64,000 bases of DNA, taken from NCBI GenBank assembly GCA_964016885.1, contig OZ024744.1:69626001-69690000 (forward strand), written 5' to 3'. Under the pieces are notes generated by a model. The model saw nothing but the letters and a program-made list of their open reading frames with translations, was not told where the DNA came from and did not search any database. This document shows positions 1-64,000 of the stretch, piece after piece. The stretch is from Eledone cirrhosa. Its lineage: Eukaryota. Positions within the stretch are counted from its first letter, which is position 1, and each line of letters begins with the position of its first letter. Position numbers and translations under genes: made by a program.

Positions 1-734
1 GTTGAAATCCTAACCTAACCGATTTCAGAGCTTCATTATAATCATAGTTTTTACAAACTAACAAACTAAATCATGACATTGTTAACTTTACTCTGTGTAT
101 AGCTGTATAAAGAAACATAGGGCGGAATATTACAAATGAAATAGAAGCTAATCTTTTTACAACAGCTTCTGTTGTTTGGTTTCTTTGGTTAAACATGCGA
201 TCACTATAAAATTATTATTTACCTTATCCACCTATTGGTTATATATAGAAACAAATATGCTTGATATTATTTAATCCTACTACATGTTGTCATTATATTC
301 AGCTGCTCTTTCTAAATAGTAGTCACAATCTATTTAGACGTTGTTTATATTCTTTAATAAACGCAAATCCTTTAATCATACGTGTTTGGTCGATAGTATT
401 GTCAGGTTATTAGTACAATGGAAAAATTTCGTATTTCGAGGAATTATCTAATGCGCATGAATCCAAAATATTCATTAGCAAGTGCTTGTGTCTCGTATTT
501 GTTGACAAAATATACCTTACGTTTTCCTCGAAGTTAAAATCCCATTTTTCCTACGTAATCTCCATTGCGGCGTATTAGCAGAGTCGTTCGAGCGTCGGGG
601 TCAACATAGCCTTTCATCCATTTGACGTCGATAAAAAAAATGTACCAGTCTAGTACTGGGGTCAATTCTTCTCCATATCTCTTTCTCACTTCCATTGTCC
701 CCCTATCTCTCACTCTCTCTCACTATCTCTCTCA

Positions 735-792
<58 letters not shown>

Positions 793-1137
793 TATGAAGA
801 GAGAAGAAACATTTAGATATAATTAGTAATAAAATGTATCATACCTAAACTGCCCCTAAATTCCTCGACTACGTAGTTTCGTGGCATAAACAAAAACAAT
901 ATATCAAAGATATAGAGTCCCTGCGAGGTCTGCCGACTTATCAAGAGGATACCTCATTTTACTAGTCTCAAGAACGCGTCTACACTACGTGAGAAAGAAT
1001 CCCAAAAGGCGGAGGGGGAGATAGTCACGCGATATAACGGTCGAGAAACAGAGCTAAGCCTCTTATAACCACGAGGAAAAGAAGAAGAAGAAGAAGAAGA
1101 AGAAGAAGAAGAAGAAGAAGAAGAAGAAGAAGAAATC

Positions 1138-1168
<31 letters not shown>

Positions 1169-2662
1169 AGTTACGGCCCTTTATGTTCTGAGGTTAACTT
1201 TGCCTTTCATCCTTACGGGGTCAATAAAATAAAGTACCAGTAATACACTGGGATAATTACTGGCCTTGTGCCAAAAGTAGAAACAATTATTTTCTTTGAT
1301 TCTTAAAGCCGTTTCTCCGAACATTCAAAATTAGATAAATAGTGCGGCATTTTCTTGACATATTTAATCGTATATTTGTTCTTGTATGTTTGTGATGGCA
1401 ACAGATAAATAAATCTTGTTTTGAGATTGTTGGGTCGAAGTAGATGCTTCTTTTAAAAACAAATCTTGTGTATATGTACACACTACAAGCCAATCTAGAA
1501 TATTTTCCATATTTTTGTGGTCCTATTGCAATTGTGATTTGTTGATAGTCTTTCTGTTGTTGTTGTTTTTTTTTAATTCGTACACAAGTAGTCAGTTACA
1601 TAACAAAATGTCGTACTAATTGTTTCTACTTTTGGCACAAGACCAGCAATTATCCCAGTGGTACTTTATTTAATCGACCCCGTAAGGATGAAAGGCAAAG
1701 TAACCCTCACCGGGATTTGAACTCGGAACGTAAAAAGCCGGAACTCTATGCTGCAAAGCATGGCGTCCGACCCTCTACCGATACTGCCAATCTACCTGTG
1801 TCGTAATAATATCGGGTGTAAATCTGCAGATTTCTTGTTAATTCACCATAGATGTTTTCTTTTTCTTTGATCTTTATCATTAAAGTACCGTTTGTTGGAC
1901 AATCGATATCTATCTACTATTGTACACACTTTTCTCTGCTCCAGTTTACTATAGGTGCTCTCTTCTGTCTACATTTTATAAATGTTTTATTTTTATTTAT
2001 TAATTTTTATTTTTTTTTGCAGTAGCATTTCACTAGTATTCTTTCACATTAAGTGTAAGTATACCATCCACATCCTTATATCTTATATTCTGTTATTCAG
2101 AGTTATCCTTTCGATTAATTGTATTTTGCAAGGTTTTAACTACGACATCATGCCTCGTGGGCACAAAGTATTGTGATGCCATTACGTTTATGACGTAAAT
2201 TACAAAGTTCCTTCTAATGTATGTGGAATATTGGGTCGTAAGATCTAATTACTTTTTGTATGTGGTACATACTTGTCTCAGGTCATGTACAAAGAAAATG
2301 TTAGAGGCGTTTGAGGATTTAGTGCTTTCGTTTATGTAAACACCACGTTAACAAAATATTCCATGCTTAACAACGACCCCAATAAATAAAGTTTAATACT
2401 ATAAATAATTTTTTCTTATATAGACACAAGGCCATCAATTTTGGGGGAGGGGAAAGTCGATTAAATCGACCCCCAGTGCGTGACTGGTACTTTATTTTAT
2501 CGACCCTGTAAGGATGAAAGGTAAAAAAAAAGGGCCGTAACTCTATGCTGCAAAGCATGGTGTCCGACCCTCTACTGATACTGCCAATCCACCACCCTTT
2601 TAATACTATAAATAATAAAACAAAAATGATAAATAAACAAAAATGTTAAACTCTTGGCGTAC

Positions 2663-52634
<49,972 letters not shown>

Positions 52635-52697
52635 CTAGTATTTAAAAACATATACATAATATTCAATTGATATGTTATCGGAAGTGATAGAGCAAAC

Positions 52698-52731
<34 letters not shown>

Positions 52732-52777
52732 ATAGTAGTAGTAGTAGTAGTAGTAGTAGTAGCAACAGCAACAGTAT

Positions 52778-52875
<98 letters not shown>

Positions 52876-53230
52876 ATATTAGTAGTAGTAATGAGGTGCA
52901 CAAAAAAAAGACACTGTAAAAAAAAATAAAACAATGGAAAAACGGACGGTGCCATTTCCCCAGTTAACCTATGGAAATCACTACAATTTCGATGTTATTT
53001 CGGTTGATACCATTCAATCTAGTACACGTATGGATATAACAAAACAGGTAAAGTCAAGTTATGCCTTTAGGCGATTTACACAAATAAAGACGAAAAAGTA
53101 TCCCAACGGTTTGCGAAATAGAAAGACAGTAAAGATTAAGGATTGTAGTCCAGCGTACAAACAAGGAAGAATGAAATTAGAGTGTAGAAAAGGTAAGAAA
53201 GGAGAATAGGGGACTGTATGTATGTATGTG

Positions 53231-53261
<31 letters not shown>

Positions 53262-53497
53262 GTATGCATATATGTATATATGTATTTATGTATATATGTA
53301 TGTAGGTATGTACGTATGGACGTATGTATATATGTATATATGTATATATGTATGCATATATGTATATATGTATTTATGTATATATGTATGTAGGTATGTA
53401 CGTATGTACGTATGTATATATGTATATATGTATATATGTATATATGTATATATGTATGCATGTATGTATGTATCTATATATGCATGTATGTATGTAT

Positions 53498-55765
53498 ATT
53501 CGTCTGGTTTTATAATTTCACAAATGAGAGAGAGAGAGTCGGTTTCTAACATAGACACAGGGCTCTCTCATTGGAATTTACACAACATCAACTAGGTAGA
53601 TACGTATGCATGTCTGCATGCATGTGTAGGTATGGATGTTATTGTATATGTGGATGTGGATGTTTTCAGTTGTATGTGTCCATGTGTATATGCTTTGTAT
53701 CTGTACATGTATATATGCAGTTATTAGATGCAAAATTTTTGGAAAGTTTTACATATTTTTACTATTCCATTAATGGATTGTACTTGTAATTTCCAAACTA
53801 GTTGTATTCTTTCTGTTCCTGTGAAGCCTAGCTTCTCAAGATTTGTATTGAGGCAGTTACTAAAATATCCCAGTTCCAATAATCACAGGCATAAATCTGA
53901 AGGTGTAATCAGGCTGGAGTATCTGCAGATTTCTCATCAGTTCTGCATAAATATTCTCCTTTTCGCTAATCTTTTATATTATATTGGCATCTGCTGGGCA
54001 GCTAACCTCCACTACTATGCATGCTTTCTTTTCTCTGTCCCATATCATAATATCTGGTCTGTTATGCCTGCATTTTATTGGAGTTTTTACTGGAACATTC
54101 CACCAGTACTCTTTCACATTGTCTTCCACATTGCTGTAGCTTTTAATGTGCTTATTATCGGGGCTATCTTTTCTAATGGATTGCATCATGCCTCATAGGT
54201 AGATAGTACCGCGATGACATCTTTGGACAGCTGCTGATGGCATGGGTGACATCTTTGGTGTTAATTCTGCAGAATCTGCACTTGTTATCACATCTAGGTG
54301 TTTTGCCTGCACCCCTATCTCTTTTGTGAATCAGGTATTTCGTGTTAATCTCCTGTTCTTGGATTGCAAAAGCGTATCCTTCAAAGTGGGAGTCAATATA
54401 ACGGTTCTTGGTCCAAGATAGACTACTTTCCTTATCTATATTACTCTCAATCTGGAGCTAACTGGCAACATATCGATGCATGATTTTTTGCTGATAAGCA
54501 TACAGTTTTTCATCGATAGATTCACTGCGATATTGCTGGGCAACTTCCCTAGGTATGAGTTTTTGATTATCACACAGGGAATACCTCTCAAGGCGTTCCT
54601 TCCCAACTCTTATGATCTTATCTGTTTCATGCAGATAGACTTGCTCGAGAGACGGGCTCCTACGCTTTGAAGTTCGTAAACGTTGTCGGAGGGATATGAT
54701 GCGACATTCAAATGCTGTCTGGACTGATGTTAGGCCTCTGCCTCCCTGCTTAGGTTTCAAGTAAAAGCGGTCTATGTCACTGTTGATGTAGAAGTTTCCG
54801 GTGTTGTTTAGTATTTTTCGAGTTCTAACATCAATCGCTCGGATTTCGTCTATCGTCCAATTGAGTTCTCAAAACGTTGGTGTTAGGACAGGCACAGCAA
54901 ACATATTGTGAGCCACTGTTTTGTTTTGCGCAGAGAGTTCCAATGACCATATCTTTCTTAACCGGGTGTAATATTCCCTGGTTACGCGTTCTTTATTACA
55001 TATACCATTATAGGATATGTTCTCATCTATCCCCGGGTATCTGTAGCAGTCCTCATCAGATATCGGTGAAACAGTTAGGCCATTGATGACAATGTTGCTA
55101 GATTGGGTTGTTGATTTTCCCCCGCTTTACAGTCATATATGAGGATTTATCTTGGCCAAACTCCATTCCTGTATCCTTTGAGAACGTTGTAACCAGGTCA
55201 AGATTTTTCTTCATCCCATCCATGTTCTTGGCATAGAGTTTCAGATCGTCCACAAAGAAATTATGGATTAGGTTCGTATTTCTGCCCTCCTGTGAGCCAA
55301 TGATGTATCCTTCACATTTCTTGAGCAGAAAGGTCAAGGGGTTTAATGACAGGATGAATAATATCACACAGAGACTGTCTCCCTGAAATATACCCCTCCG
55401 ATATTTTATTTTATCATTGAAAATAGAGTCCTCCCTCTCTGTCTTTAACTTTAGGATAGTAGCCCAAGACAGCTTCTCTATGGCTCTTTTGTTGATTAGG
55501 AGGAGTTGTTCAGCACATCCCAAACCCCTTTCTTTCCAGCTGCTTGTTCATCAGTGATGATGTTATTATTTTCAGTGATCTTGGAGGAATAGGTTCAGGC
55601 AGGCTGTATACATCTTATACATCAGGTTCTGGCATGCAATGGGTCGGTAGTTTTTTGCCAAGTGGGTGTCTTTGTTCTTGGGGACCGGTATTGTTTGTGC
55701 TAATGTCAACCATTCGTGTATAAGTGTATCTCCCTTAAGTACTTGTTGGTAGAGGTCAGTAAGAT
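53498..55765 (-). mobile_element. Degenerate R4/Dong-clade (restriction-like endonuclease) non-LTR retrotransposon
   Basis: YRPIACQNLMYK, RGIFQGDSL, FVDDLKLY, GGRGL, CRFC, RHNRPDIMIWD...VVEVSCP; embedded in (TATG)n. Confidence 0.85.
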
Positions 55766-55786
55766 ACATATATATACATACATACC

Positions 55787-55818
<32 letters not shown>

Positions 55819-56099
55819 GTATGTATGTGTGTGTGTATGTGTGTGTGTATGTATGTATGTTTATCTCTTTCTCTTAATTTCGAGTATATTTTTTTGACCG
55901 GCCACCTTCCTGGTGGTAAGGTTGTAAAAGAAAAGAAATTGTCATCCCTTGAATCGCAAGAATGTTTTGCAAATTTTGAAGGTGCCAGCTATCGCAGCCA
56001 TTTGTAGACTATGATGTATGTATGTATGTATGTATGTATGTATGTATGTATGTATGTATGTATGTATGTATGTATGTATGTATGTATGTATGTGTATAT

Positions 56100-56995
56100 T
56101 GTGGGTATGGTGTGGTGTGCGGTGGTCGGAAGCGGGGGAGTGCTCGACCGGAAGGGTGCTTGGCCGGAAGGATGCTCGACCGGAAGGACCAGCAGAGGGT
56201 CTCTCTAGTGGTGACCAGCAACGGTGTGGACGAGTTTTGGCAGCTCCCGGTGTTAAGCAGTTGGACGCACATGGAAGAAGAGTAACCTGCAGTGGAATTC
56301 AGCGGCGCCTATGAAAAGCGGTAAGTGAGATAGCTTTTTCTAACCACAAGCTATTTCGGCACTGGAAACTAAGATCTGATTGAAAAAAAAAAAAAGAAAA
56401 AGCTACTGGAAAAACAGAGAGGAGCCTGTTGTTTTTTTTTTTTATCACGTACCGCAAGACAAATTAGAAGATGGCGACAAGACTACGAACAAGCGAAGCT
56501 ATCAGGGCATTTACCGGGGAAGGTGATGTTGTCGCTTGGCTGCGAAAAGTCCAGCTGGTCGCAAGCTTGCAGAAGATAGAAGATGTGGCTGGCCTCATGG
56601 CACTGTACCTCGAGGGGGACGCGTTGGTACTCTTCCTTGAGTTGGACGAACACAGCCAAAGAGATGCGCAAAAGATTGAGAGGCGCATGATAGAAGCATT
56701 CGCAGAGGGACCGTTAGCCGCTTCCGCTAAGCTGGCAAGAATTAGATGGAATGGTAAACGAGTCGACATTTTCGCAGCGGAAATACGGCGACTGGCTATG
56801 TTGGCTGGATATCAGGTGGAATGCGAACGCACGGTGCGGTTGGCGTTCATAAATGGATTTCCAGACGACATAGCGGTGAAACTGCAGCAAGTCCCGGGTT
56901 ACAAAGAAATGGAAATGCGTTCACTGGTGGAACAAGCCCGGATCATAGCAGAAGATGCCAAAAAGAGTGTTGCGGCGATAGCAACTACAGAGGCT
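56100..56995 (+). mobile_element. Ty3/Gypsy LTR-retrotransposon 5' fragment (putative LTR 56100-56348 and gag)
   Basis: TGTGG...CCACA termini; gag-like FTGEGDVVAWLRKVQLVA...LYLEGDAL...VDIFAAEIRRLA (56471-about 56995), truncated by microsatellite. Confidence 0.7.
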
Positions 56996-57792
56996 CAAGA
57001 CAGCTGTTGTTGTTGTCGTCGTTATTATTATTTTTATTATTATTATTATTATTGTTATTATTATGGGGTTATTTCTGGTGCAATGGCCATACTCGATAAC
57101 GAGGGGGCATCCATCATCATCATCATGTATGTATGTATGTATGTATGTATGTATGTATGTATATATGTATACAACCTGTCTCATGGTCGTGTCGTTGGCG
57201 ACTAAACTGGCAACCCCACCAAGGTTTCTTGGTGAGGAGGGTGACTTTGGACATCCTGCAGGACTAAAAACAAAACCTGTCAAAGGGCAAAGGAGCTCTT
57301 AAGAGTCAATGGCCATCCAAAATCACCGGGAGAGATGACTCCTTAGCCTTTGTCAAGGCAGAATTCTAGGAGAAGGAAAACTCTGATATAACACCTGCAA
57401 TTCTGATGGTATCCAATGATGTTGACTTGTTCTTCTTTTTGGTAAATATCATCTTGGTTAAGAGAGTGGGACTGGCTTTGTGCAGTGCCTTTGATCACTA
57501 TAAAAGCTTCATGGCACAGGCATTGCTTTATATCTGGAGATCTCTCTGCACTTGTCGTCACATGGTACCATGTGCCCAGCACTATGTGTCAATAATTGTC
57601 ACAAGTGTAGTGTTTGTACCAGAGTTTTCAAGTCGCTGGCTGGACTAAAAACTCACACTCGTTCAGTGCATCGGTAGGGGTTCTCCTACATGGATATAAA
57701 GTAGTGTCCGTACTCGAAAACGAGTTGGCAGCCACCATGTATGTATATATGTATGTATATATGCATGTATATATATATATACATGCATATAC

Positions 57793-57825
<33 letters not shown>

Positions 57826-58097
57826 TGTTCTTCTGGTTTTATAATTTCACAAATTTTTGTCAATAGAGAGAGTCGGTTTCTAACATAGACACAAGACTCT
57901 CTAATTGGAATTTACACAACATCAACTAGGAAGATATGTATGCATGACTGCATGCATGTGTGTGTAGATATGGATGTTATTGTATGTGTGGGTGTGCATG
58001 TTTTGAGTTGTATGTATATACGCTTTGTATATGCAGTTATTAAATTCAACATTTTTGGAATGTTTTACATATTTTTACTGTTCCATTATGTATGTAT

Positions 58098-58645
58098 GTC
58101 GGGTCACTCTTGAGTGCTACTGGTAACATGTAACCCAGTACAACCTGTCGCATGTTTGGGTCGTCGGCGACTAAACCGGCAACCCCACCAAGTTTACTTG
58201 GTTAGGACGGTGATTTCTGACACCAAGCAGGACAAAAAACAAAACCTGACAAAAGGCGGAAGAACTCATAAGAGTCAACGGCCATACAAAAGTGTGTAAA
58301 TATGTATATACACATGTACCGCGCGGTTAAACCACTGGGAGTGAAGGACCTCTAGCCTTTGTCAGGGCATTCTTCTAAGAGAAGGCAACTCGGGAAACTG
58401 AGTTAACTCCGATATAAAACCTGCGGCTCAATAGTTACCGATGATGTTGATCTTTTCTTCTTTTCGGGTTATAGCTACTGTCGCTCAGAGAGTGGGATTG
58501 GCTCAGTGTACAGTCTTTCCTCACTTTAAAAAATATCTTCACGCACAGGCATTGCACGATAGAATTAATTAATAATTATTAATAATGGGATATCGTGCAA
58601 TGGCCATACTCGATAACGAGGGGGCAGCCATCATCATGTATGTAT
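58098..58645 (+). mobile_element. Non-autonomous RTE-derived element (subfamily B); other copies at about 28575-28840 (+) and 22745-23010 (-)
   Basis: Shared core GAGAGTGGGATTGGCTCAGT...GCACAGGCATTGCACGATAG and 3' end GGCCATACTCGATAACGAGGGGGCAGCCATCATG. Confidence 0.7.
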
Positions 58646-58921
58646 GTATGGCTCTTGCCAGTGAATGTTTTGGTTGCCAACTCTGTGCAAGACATTTTAG
58701 ATCATTGGCTGGGCTAAAAAGACTCATTCGATCACAGCGCAATTAATTGTTAATATATATGTGTGTATATGTATGTGTGTATGTGTGTATATATGTATAT
58801 GCATATGTGTGTGTATATGTGTGTGTATATGTGTTTGTATATGTATGTATATATATATAATTGACTTTTTATCGTTCAATGGCCATACTCGATAACGAGG
58901 GGGCAGCCATCATGTATGTAT

Positions 58922-59572
58922 GTTCTTCTGGTTTTATACTTACGCAATTTTTTGCCAACAGAGAGAGAGTCGGTTTCTAACATAGACACAGGGCTCTCTC
59001 ATTGGAATTTACACAACATCAACTAGGTAGATTATGTATGTATGCACGCCTGCATGCATGTGTAGATTTGGATGTTATTGTATGTGTGGATGTGCATGTT
59101 TTGAGCTGTATGTGTGCATGTGCATGTGCATATGCTTTGTATCTGTGCAAGTGTATATGCAGTTATTAGATGCAACATTTTGGGAATGTTTTACATATTT
59201 TTACTGTTCCATTAATGGATTGTACTTGACATTTCCTAACTAGTTGTGTTCTTTCTGTTCCTGTGAAGCCCAGCTTCTCAAGATATATATTGAGGCAGTT
59301 ACTAACATATCCCAGTGCCCCAATAATCACAGGCATAAATCTGAAGGTGTAATCAGGGTGGAGTATCTGCAGATTTCTCATCAGTTCTGCATAAATATTC
59401 TCCTTTTCGCTAATCTTTGATATTATATTGGCATCTGCTGGGCAGCTAATTTCCACTACTGTGCATGCCTTCTTTTCACTGCCCCATATTAATATATCTC
59501 GTCTGTTATGCCTGCATTTTATTGGGGTTTTTACTGGAACATTCCAGTAGTACTCTTTCAAATTATTTATAT

Positions 59573-59575
<3 letters not shown>
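58922..59575 (-). mobile_element. Second R4-clade 3' fragment; third 3'-UTR fragment at about 57826-58090
   Basis: CRHNRRDILIW...VVEISCP...PVIIGALG; 3' UTR shared with 53498-53790. Confidence 0.8.
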
Positions 59576-59632
<57 letters not shown>

Positions 59633-59956
59633 AATTCAGGTTCCTCGACAGCTGTTGAAACGGCCGGAGCTTAACCGTCGAGGTCCTGAATCTTTTCATA
59701 TTACCCACTCTACTTCCCCAAGTATCGAGTACTCTGGTGAGTAATGGTCTAGCTGTTTTTTACCGCCTCCAATCTGATATTTAATCTGATTCAACAGCCA
59801 GTTGAAAAGTTCATAGGCTGACTCTGAAGGATTGATGCTAGAGCTGTGAAATGTTTCATGCATCAATTTTAACTCTTTTTATTAATAACAGTAATGTCTC
59901 TTTCCAGAAATAAACTTGATTTGGTCATTCCATGAAAGAAGAAGAAGAAGAAGAAG

Positions 59957-59988
<32 letters not shown>

Positions 59989-60176
59989 GTAGTGGTGGTG
60001 GTGGTGATAGTAATGTTGGTGGTAGTGATGGTGGTGATGGTGGTGGTGGTGGTGGTGGTGGTGGTGGTGGTGGTGGTGGTGGTGGTGGTGGTAGTAGTGT
60101 TGGTGGTAGTAGTTGTGGTGGTAGTAGTGGTGGTGGTGGTGGTTGTAGTGGTGGTGGGGGTAGAGGTGGTGGTGTT

Positions 60177-60224
<48 letters not shown>

Positions 60225-60247
60225 GAGTCTGAACTATTATTATTATT

Positions 60248-63200
60248 GAGTCTTTTTGCTCGCTCCCGTAAGTTCACTTATTTACCTGTCAAAACTGATT
60301 TATTGAATTTTTTGTTGTGTAAGGCATACAAGCCCTTGGACTTTGCCCTGTGAAAGGGAAAGTTCAAATATTTGGGCCTTTTGGCCCAAATATTTGAACT
60401 TTTTTACATTTTAAAAAATTATCGAGAAAAAAAGAAAAAAAAACATGGCTGAGCCATGCCCCCCAGCGATATGTCTGCTGTCGTGCGACAACGACGTAGA
60501 AGTTGAGAGGAGCGCTACGGCGAAATTAACAGAAATTGATAAAACAGACACCACCACAAACAATGTAAACAAAGACACCAATGATACCAATGAGAACTCT
60601 AATTTTGAAAAAAATGACAGTAACAGCGACAACGAAAATACAGAGAACAGAAAAAATGACATATGCAACAACAATATCAACACCACTAACGTGAAAACAA
60701 ATAGCGACAACACCAACTGCACCGAGAACAACTGTGGCACCAAAGACAACAATGATAACAGCGACAGTGATAACAACAACACCAACAAGAACAACGACAA
60801 CAACAACACCCCCAACGACAACAAGAAGAACACTTTCGCTGCGGCAGCAGCAAAAAGAGGCCATGCTTCAGTATGGACCTCTTGAACAAAGATGAAAAGT
60901 TGGCCCAGGCCTGGAAGCTCATCAAGCAAGAGCAAACCTGGGCCAACTTAACTGTCCCGGTAGAAGCAATTGAGGCAGTGGAGCGTAGAACGGTGCATTA
61001 TAGATGCATCTCGGCAGAAACCAAAGGGCAGCTTTAATTCCACAAACAGATGTTGAAGTCACGCTGAGGTGTACCAGGGATGACACCGAATACATAGAGA
61101 GGGGCAGAGGGTACGGCACCATTTCGGTGCTGCTCAAATCAGAAGCCCTCGCTATGAAACATGCTATGGCCCCTTGCAAAACCAGCAAGGTCACAATGTA
61201 CCCCTCCCACATGGGAAAAAGAACGGCCCGTCTCCGCATTCCCAGAATCCCACCAGGACTTGACATGTGGTGGCTTCTGCGATGTGTGATTGTAGAGGGG
61301 ACGGATACTGACCAGAACGGCCAGAGAGGACTGGTCCGGGGTTGACCTGGAGATCCTTCTCCAGATCAGGCCCAAGAATGTGAAGACAATCTCGGACCAC
61401 ATCCGCCTTCAGAATGGGACGGTCATTCATATTATGACCGAGGGAAAAAGGCTTCATTGTTTTGTTTGTGCGGAAAAAACCCATTTGCGAGCCTTCTGCC
61501 CTTAACTGCTGAAAGAAACAAGGGGTCGAAAGGCTCCACTGCTGCCGACGCCGGGGTGAGGACCACAACCAACACCAGCACCGGCAAAATCACCAACAAC
61601 AACACCAATAGAAAGAGCACCACCAGCATTGACCACCCAGGGGAGAAACGAGGAAAGTTGTCAAATTCCCGCTCCCCCCAAAATACACACACCAATAAAA
61701 ACATAAACACACACACAGACACACTTACAGACACAGACCCCTCATCTACTAGTAGTGAAGATGAGGGAAAACCAAAATCCCCCAAAATATAAAAAAGGAA
61801 ACACAAAAAGGAAAAAAAAACTCAACAAAGCACAAAATCACCCATAGTAAAAAATGCAGACACCACCCACGCAAACATCTCTCCAATAACACCAATATCA
61901 ACACCTCCATCACCATCACCCAAACGCAAACAACCTAAACAGACGCAAGAACAAATACACACACAAACATCTGAAACCACAGACACCGCACTCACAACAA
62001 ACACAGACGCAACCGAAACAACACCACCAAAACCATCACCACAACAACCACGCAAACAAATAAAATCGCATCAACAAAACATACAAAACTTCGTGCTCGT
62101 CAGGAGGGCCAACAAGGAACTGATGACCCTCGTAGCACGAAGTGAAAATATACAAAAAGAGGGGGAAATTTTTAAATCGAGCACATTTCGCGTGCCGGAA
62201 GATTTATTTCTGGTGCGAATGTCGTTCGATTTATACAAAGAGATACGAGACAGCTTTCCTCGGGACGTGGGAACCCCGAACGTAAAACCCACTTCAAGAC
62301 TTTTAAAGGGGTTCCCAAAAGAAACCCCACCAACAATGGAGGTCGAACCACCCGACCTTCACAAGAGCCCAGAAGGTAAGTAAACCTTTCCTCTCTCTCT
62401 TTTTAACCTGGCAACATGGCCGTATTAAGAGTAGAAAGTTTAAATGTTCGAGGCCTGGGATCGTCCTGGAAGCAGGGTCACCTGCTCAACGACCTCGGGT
62501 CTCTAGAAATGGATGTAATTGCCGTCAGCGAGACCAGGATTTCCGACACGCGCGCACCATCCCCCCATTTTCGACGACTATCAGATCTTTGCATGTTAGC
62601 CGACCGGGAATGGGAGGCGGGGTGACAGTGCTGTTTAGGAAAGGCCTGGACCTCGAGGTAAGATCGGTCTTCTGGGACCCGGACGGGAAGTTGGTCGTCC
62701 TAGACGTGAACAATACACAAGGTGGTGCCTTTAGACTGGTGGCCGTCTATGCCCCTACTGGGGCAGGACGGCCGGACTTCTTTAGACGCCTGGAAGCCTT
62801 TCTGGGTACCTTTCGCCCTTTACTGTTAGCGGGGGACTGGAACGGCATCTTAGACACACGCTGGGACTGTGTGGGAGTATCCGATAGGAGCGGGGGGTGC
62901 ACAAGCCTCAAGAACCTGATCAGGATGCGCCAGTGTGAACCTGGACTAACCGCATAGGGTCATCTAGATCGTATATAGACAGGATAGTCATTAGGAAAAT
63001 AGACAGAAATAGTGTAAGTTGTCCACGTTTTGAAACGGTCGCCTATTCAGATCACAAGTTTGTGATCTCTATGCTCGACCTAGATAAGATGCGTAGGTTA
63101 GGACCGGGTTACTGTAAGTCTTACATGTCATTTCTGGCACGTAAGACTTACAGGGACAAGGTCAACAATTTAGTTTAGAAAAAGTTGACAGGGGGAGTCA

Positions 63201-64000
63201 TCAAGAATAGATGGTGGTGGGGGGGGGGGACTCCCAAAAGAGAGATTAGAGTAATGTCGATAGAGTTTAGCAAAGAAGTAGCGTTAGAGAAAAATAGAAA
63301 GGAGGGGGAGTTGGTAGATAAGTTAGACGAGGCTATTGGTAGTGGCATTGCAACTGACGTGCTAGCAGCGAGAATGGCATTAGACCATTTCTTCAATGCG
63401 AAACACGAAGGTTGCATTGTCAGAGCTAAGGCGCGTGCTCTGAGAAACGAGGGAACCAAAGCTGTTCGATGGGCCCGCGTGGCAGAGGCGCAGCGTGGTA
63501 ATAAAACCACGATTCAGTCTTTGACGGACCGAGACGGACACGAGCTGAGCGATTCCAAGCGGATGTGTGAGGCCTTTCGCCAACATTTTGCTATGTTGTT
63601 CGGTGGAAGTGGCGGGTCAGAGACGGTGGCGGACTTCAGTCCCTACCTCGATGGCTTGCCGCAACTCTCGAGGGCTGACGCTGGGCGGTGCGAAAGGCTA
63701 ATTACTTCAGCCGAGATTCAGGATGCCCTTGTCGGCTGCATGAGACGCAAGTCACCCGGTTTGGATGGTCTGCACTACGAGCTTTACGTAAATATGCCAG
63801 ACGTGTTCTCCAATCTCCTCGAAGCCCTCCACTGCAACTGGCAGCAAAACGGGAGTATTCCCAGTTCTGATAAGGAAAGACGAGAACAAGAGGGACACAT
63901 TAGACAATTTCAGGTCCATAACTCTGTTCAACACAGAGTTTAAGATTTTGGCCAGGGTATTAGCGAAGAGATTGGCGCTTGTCGTCGCGGATTTGGTTGG
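60248..64000 (+). mobile_element. Degenerate Tx1 copy of the same family (5' end present, runs off window)
   Basis: ORF1 and ORF2 homologues broken by frameshifts and stops (60445-62383; 62416 onward); same 5' hairpin; preceded by (ATT)n. Confidence 0.92.
60359..60402. other. Perfect 20-bp hairpin in 5' UTR of second Tx1 copy
   Basis: AAAGTTCAAATATTTGGGCC-TTTT-GGCCCAAATATTTGAACTTT. Confidence 0.9.

Noticed and set aside
1800-2020. Possible Tc1/mariner remnants (also about 530-600 and 59790-59880)
   Set aside because: No paired TIRs or transposase motifs could be confirmed by eye.
1-2660. Terminal kinase exons (G.xPYP onward)
   Set aside because: No matching exon found by eye; presumably beyond the window start.
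60280-60350. Candidate upstream RTK exon on the minus strand (CAG...GACAG|gtaaat)
   Set aside because: Lies inside the Tx1 5' UTR, the frame read from the acceptor has a TAA, and it shows no signal peptide or Cys pattern.

Overview
AT-rich, microsatellite-saturated animal genomic DNA, most likely an octopus or other coleoid cephalopod (inferred from the tRNA-derived SINEs and the repeat profile; not proven). One host gene crosses the window on the minus strand: a receptor tyrosine kinase with a Cys-rich motif, FN3-like ectodomain, one TM helix and a Torso/Ret/FGFR-type kinase domain. I assembled 12 GT-AG exons with consistent phases (52634 down to 2663, 2101 nt); the first and last exons were not found and probably lie outside the window. 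The introns hold an apparently intact Tx1-clade LINE (13591-19412) inserted in (ATT)n, a decayed second copy (about 60248 onward), a related 3' fragment inserted in (GATA)n, fragments of RTE, R4/Dong, CRE, Penelope, Gypsy and Helitron elements, and many SINEs. The most notable items are: (i) a perfect hairpin kept in otherwise diverged 5' UTRs of the two Tx1 copies, with apparent microsatellite target switching in this family; (ii) more than 15 minimal type I hammerhead-ribozyme-like motifs in palindromic Penelope-type fragments, several with a compensatory U3-A8 core in place of C3-G8; (iii) bipartite RTE-derived non-autonomous elements whose partner LINE 3' end is in the same window. All calls were made by eye, and repeat boundaries are approximate.
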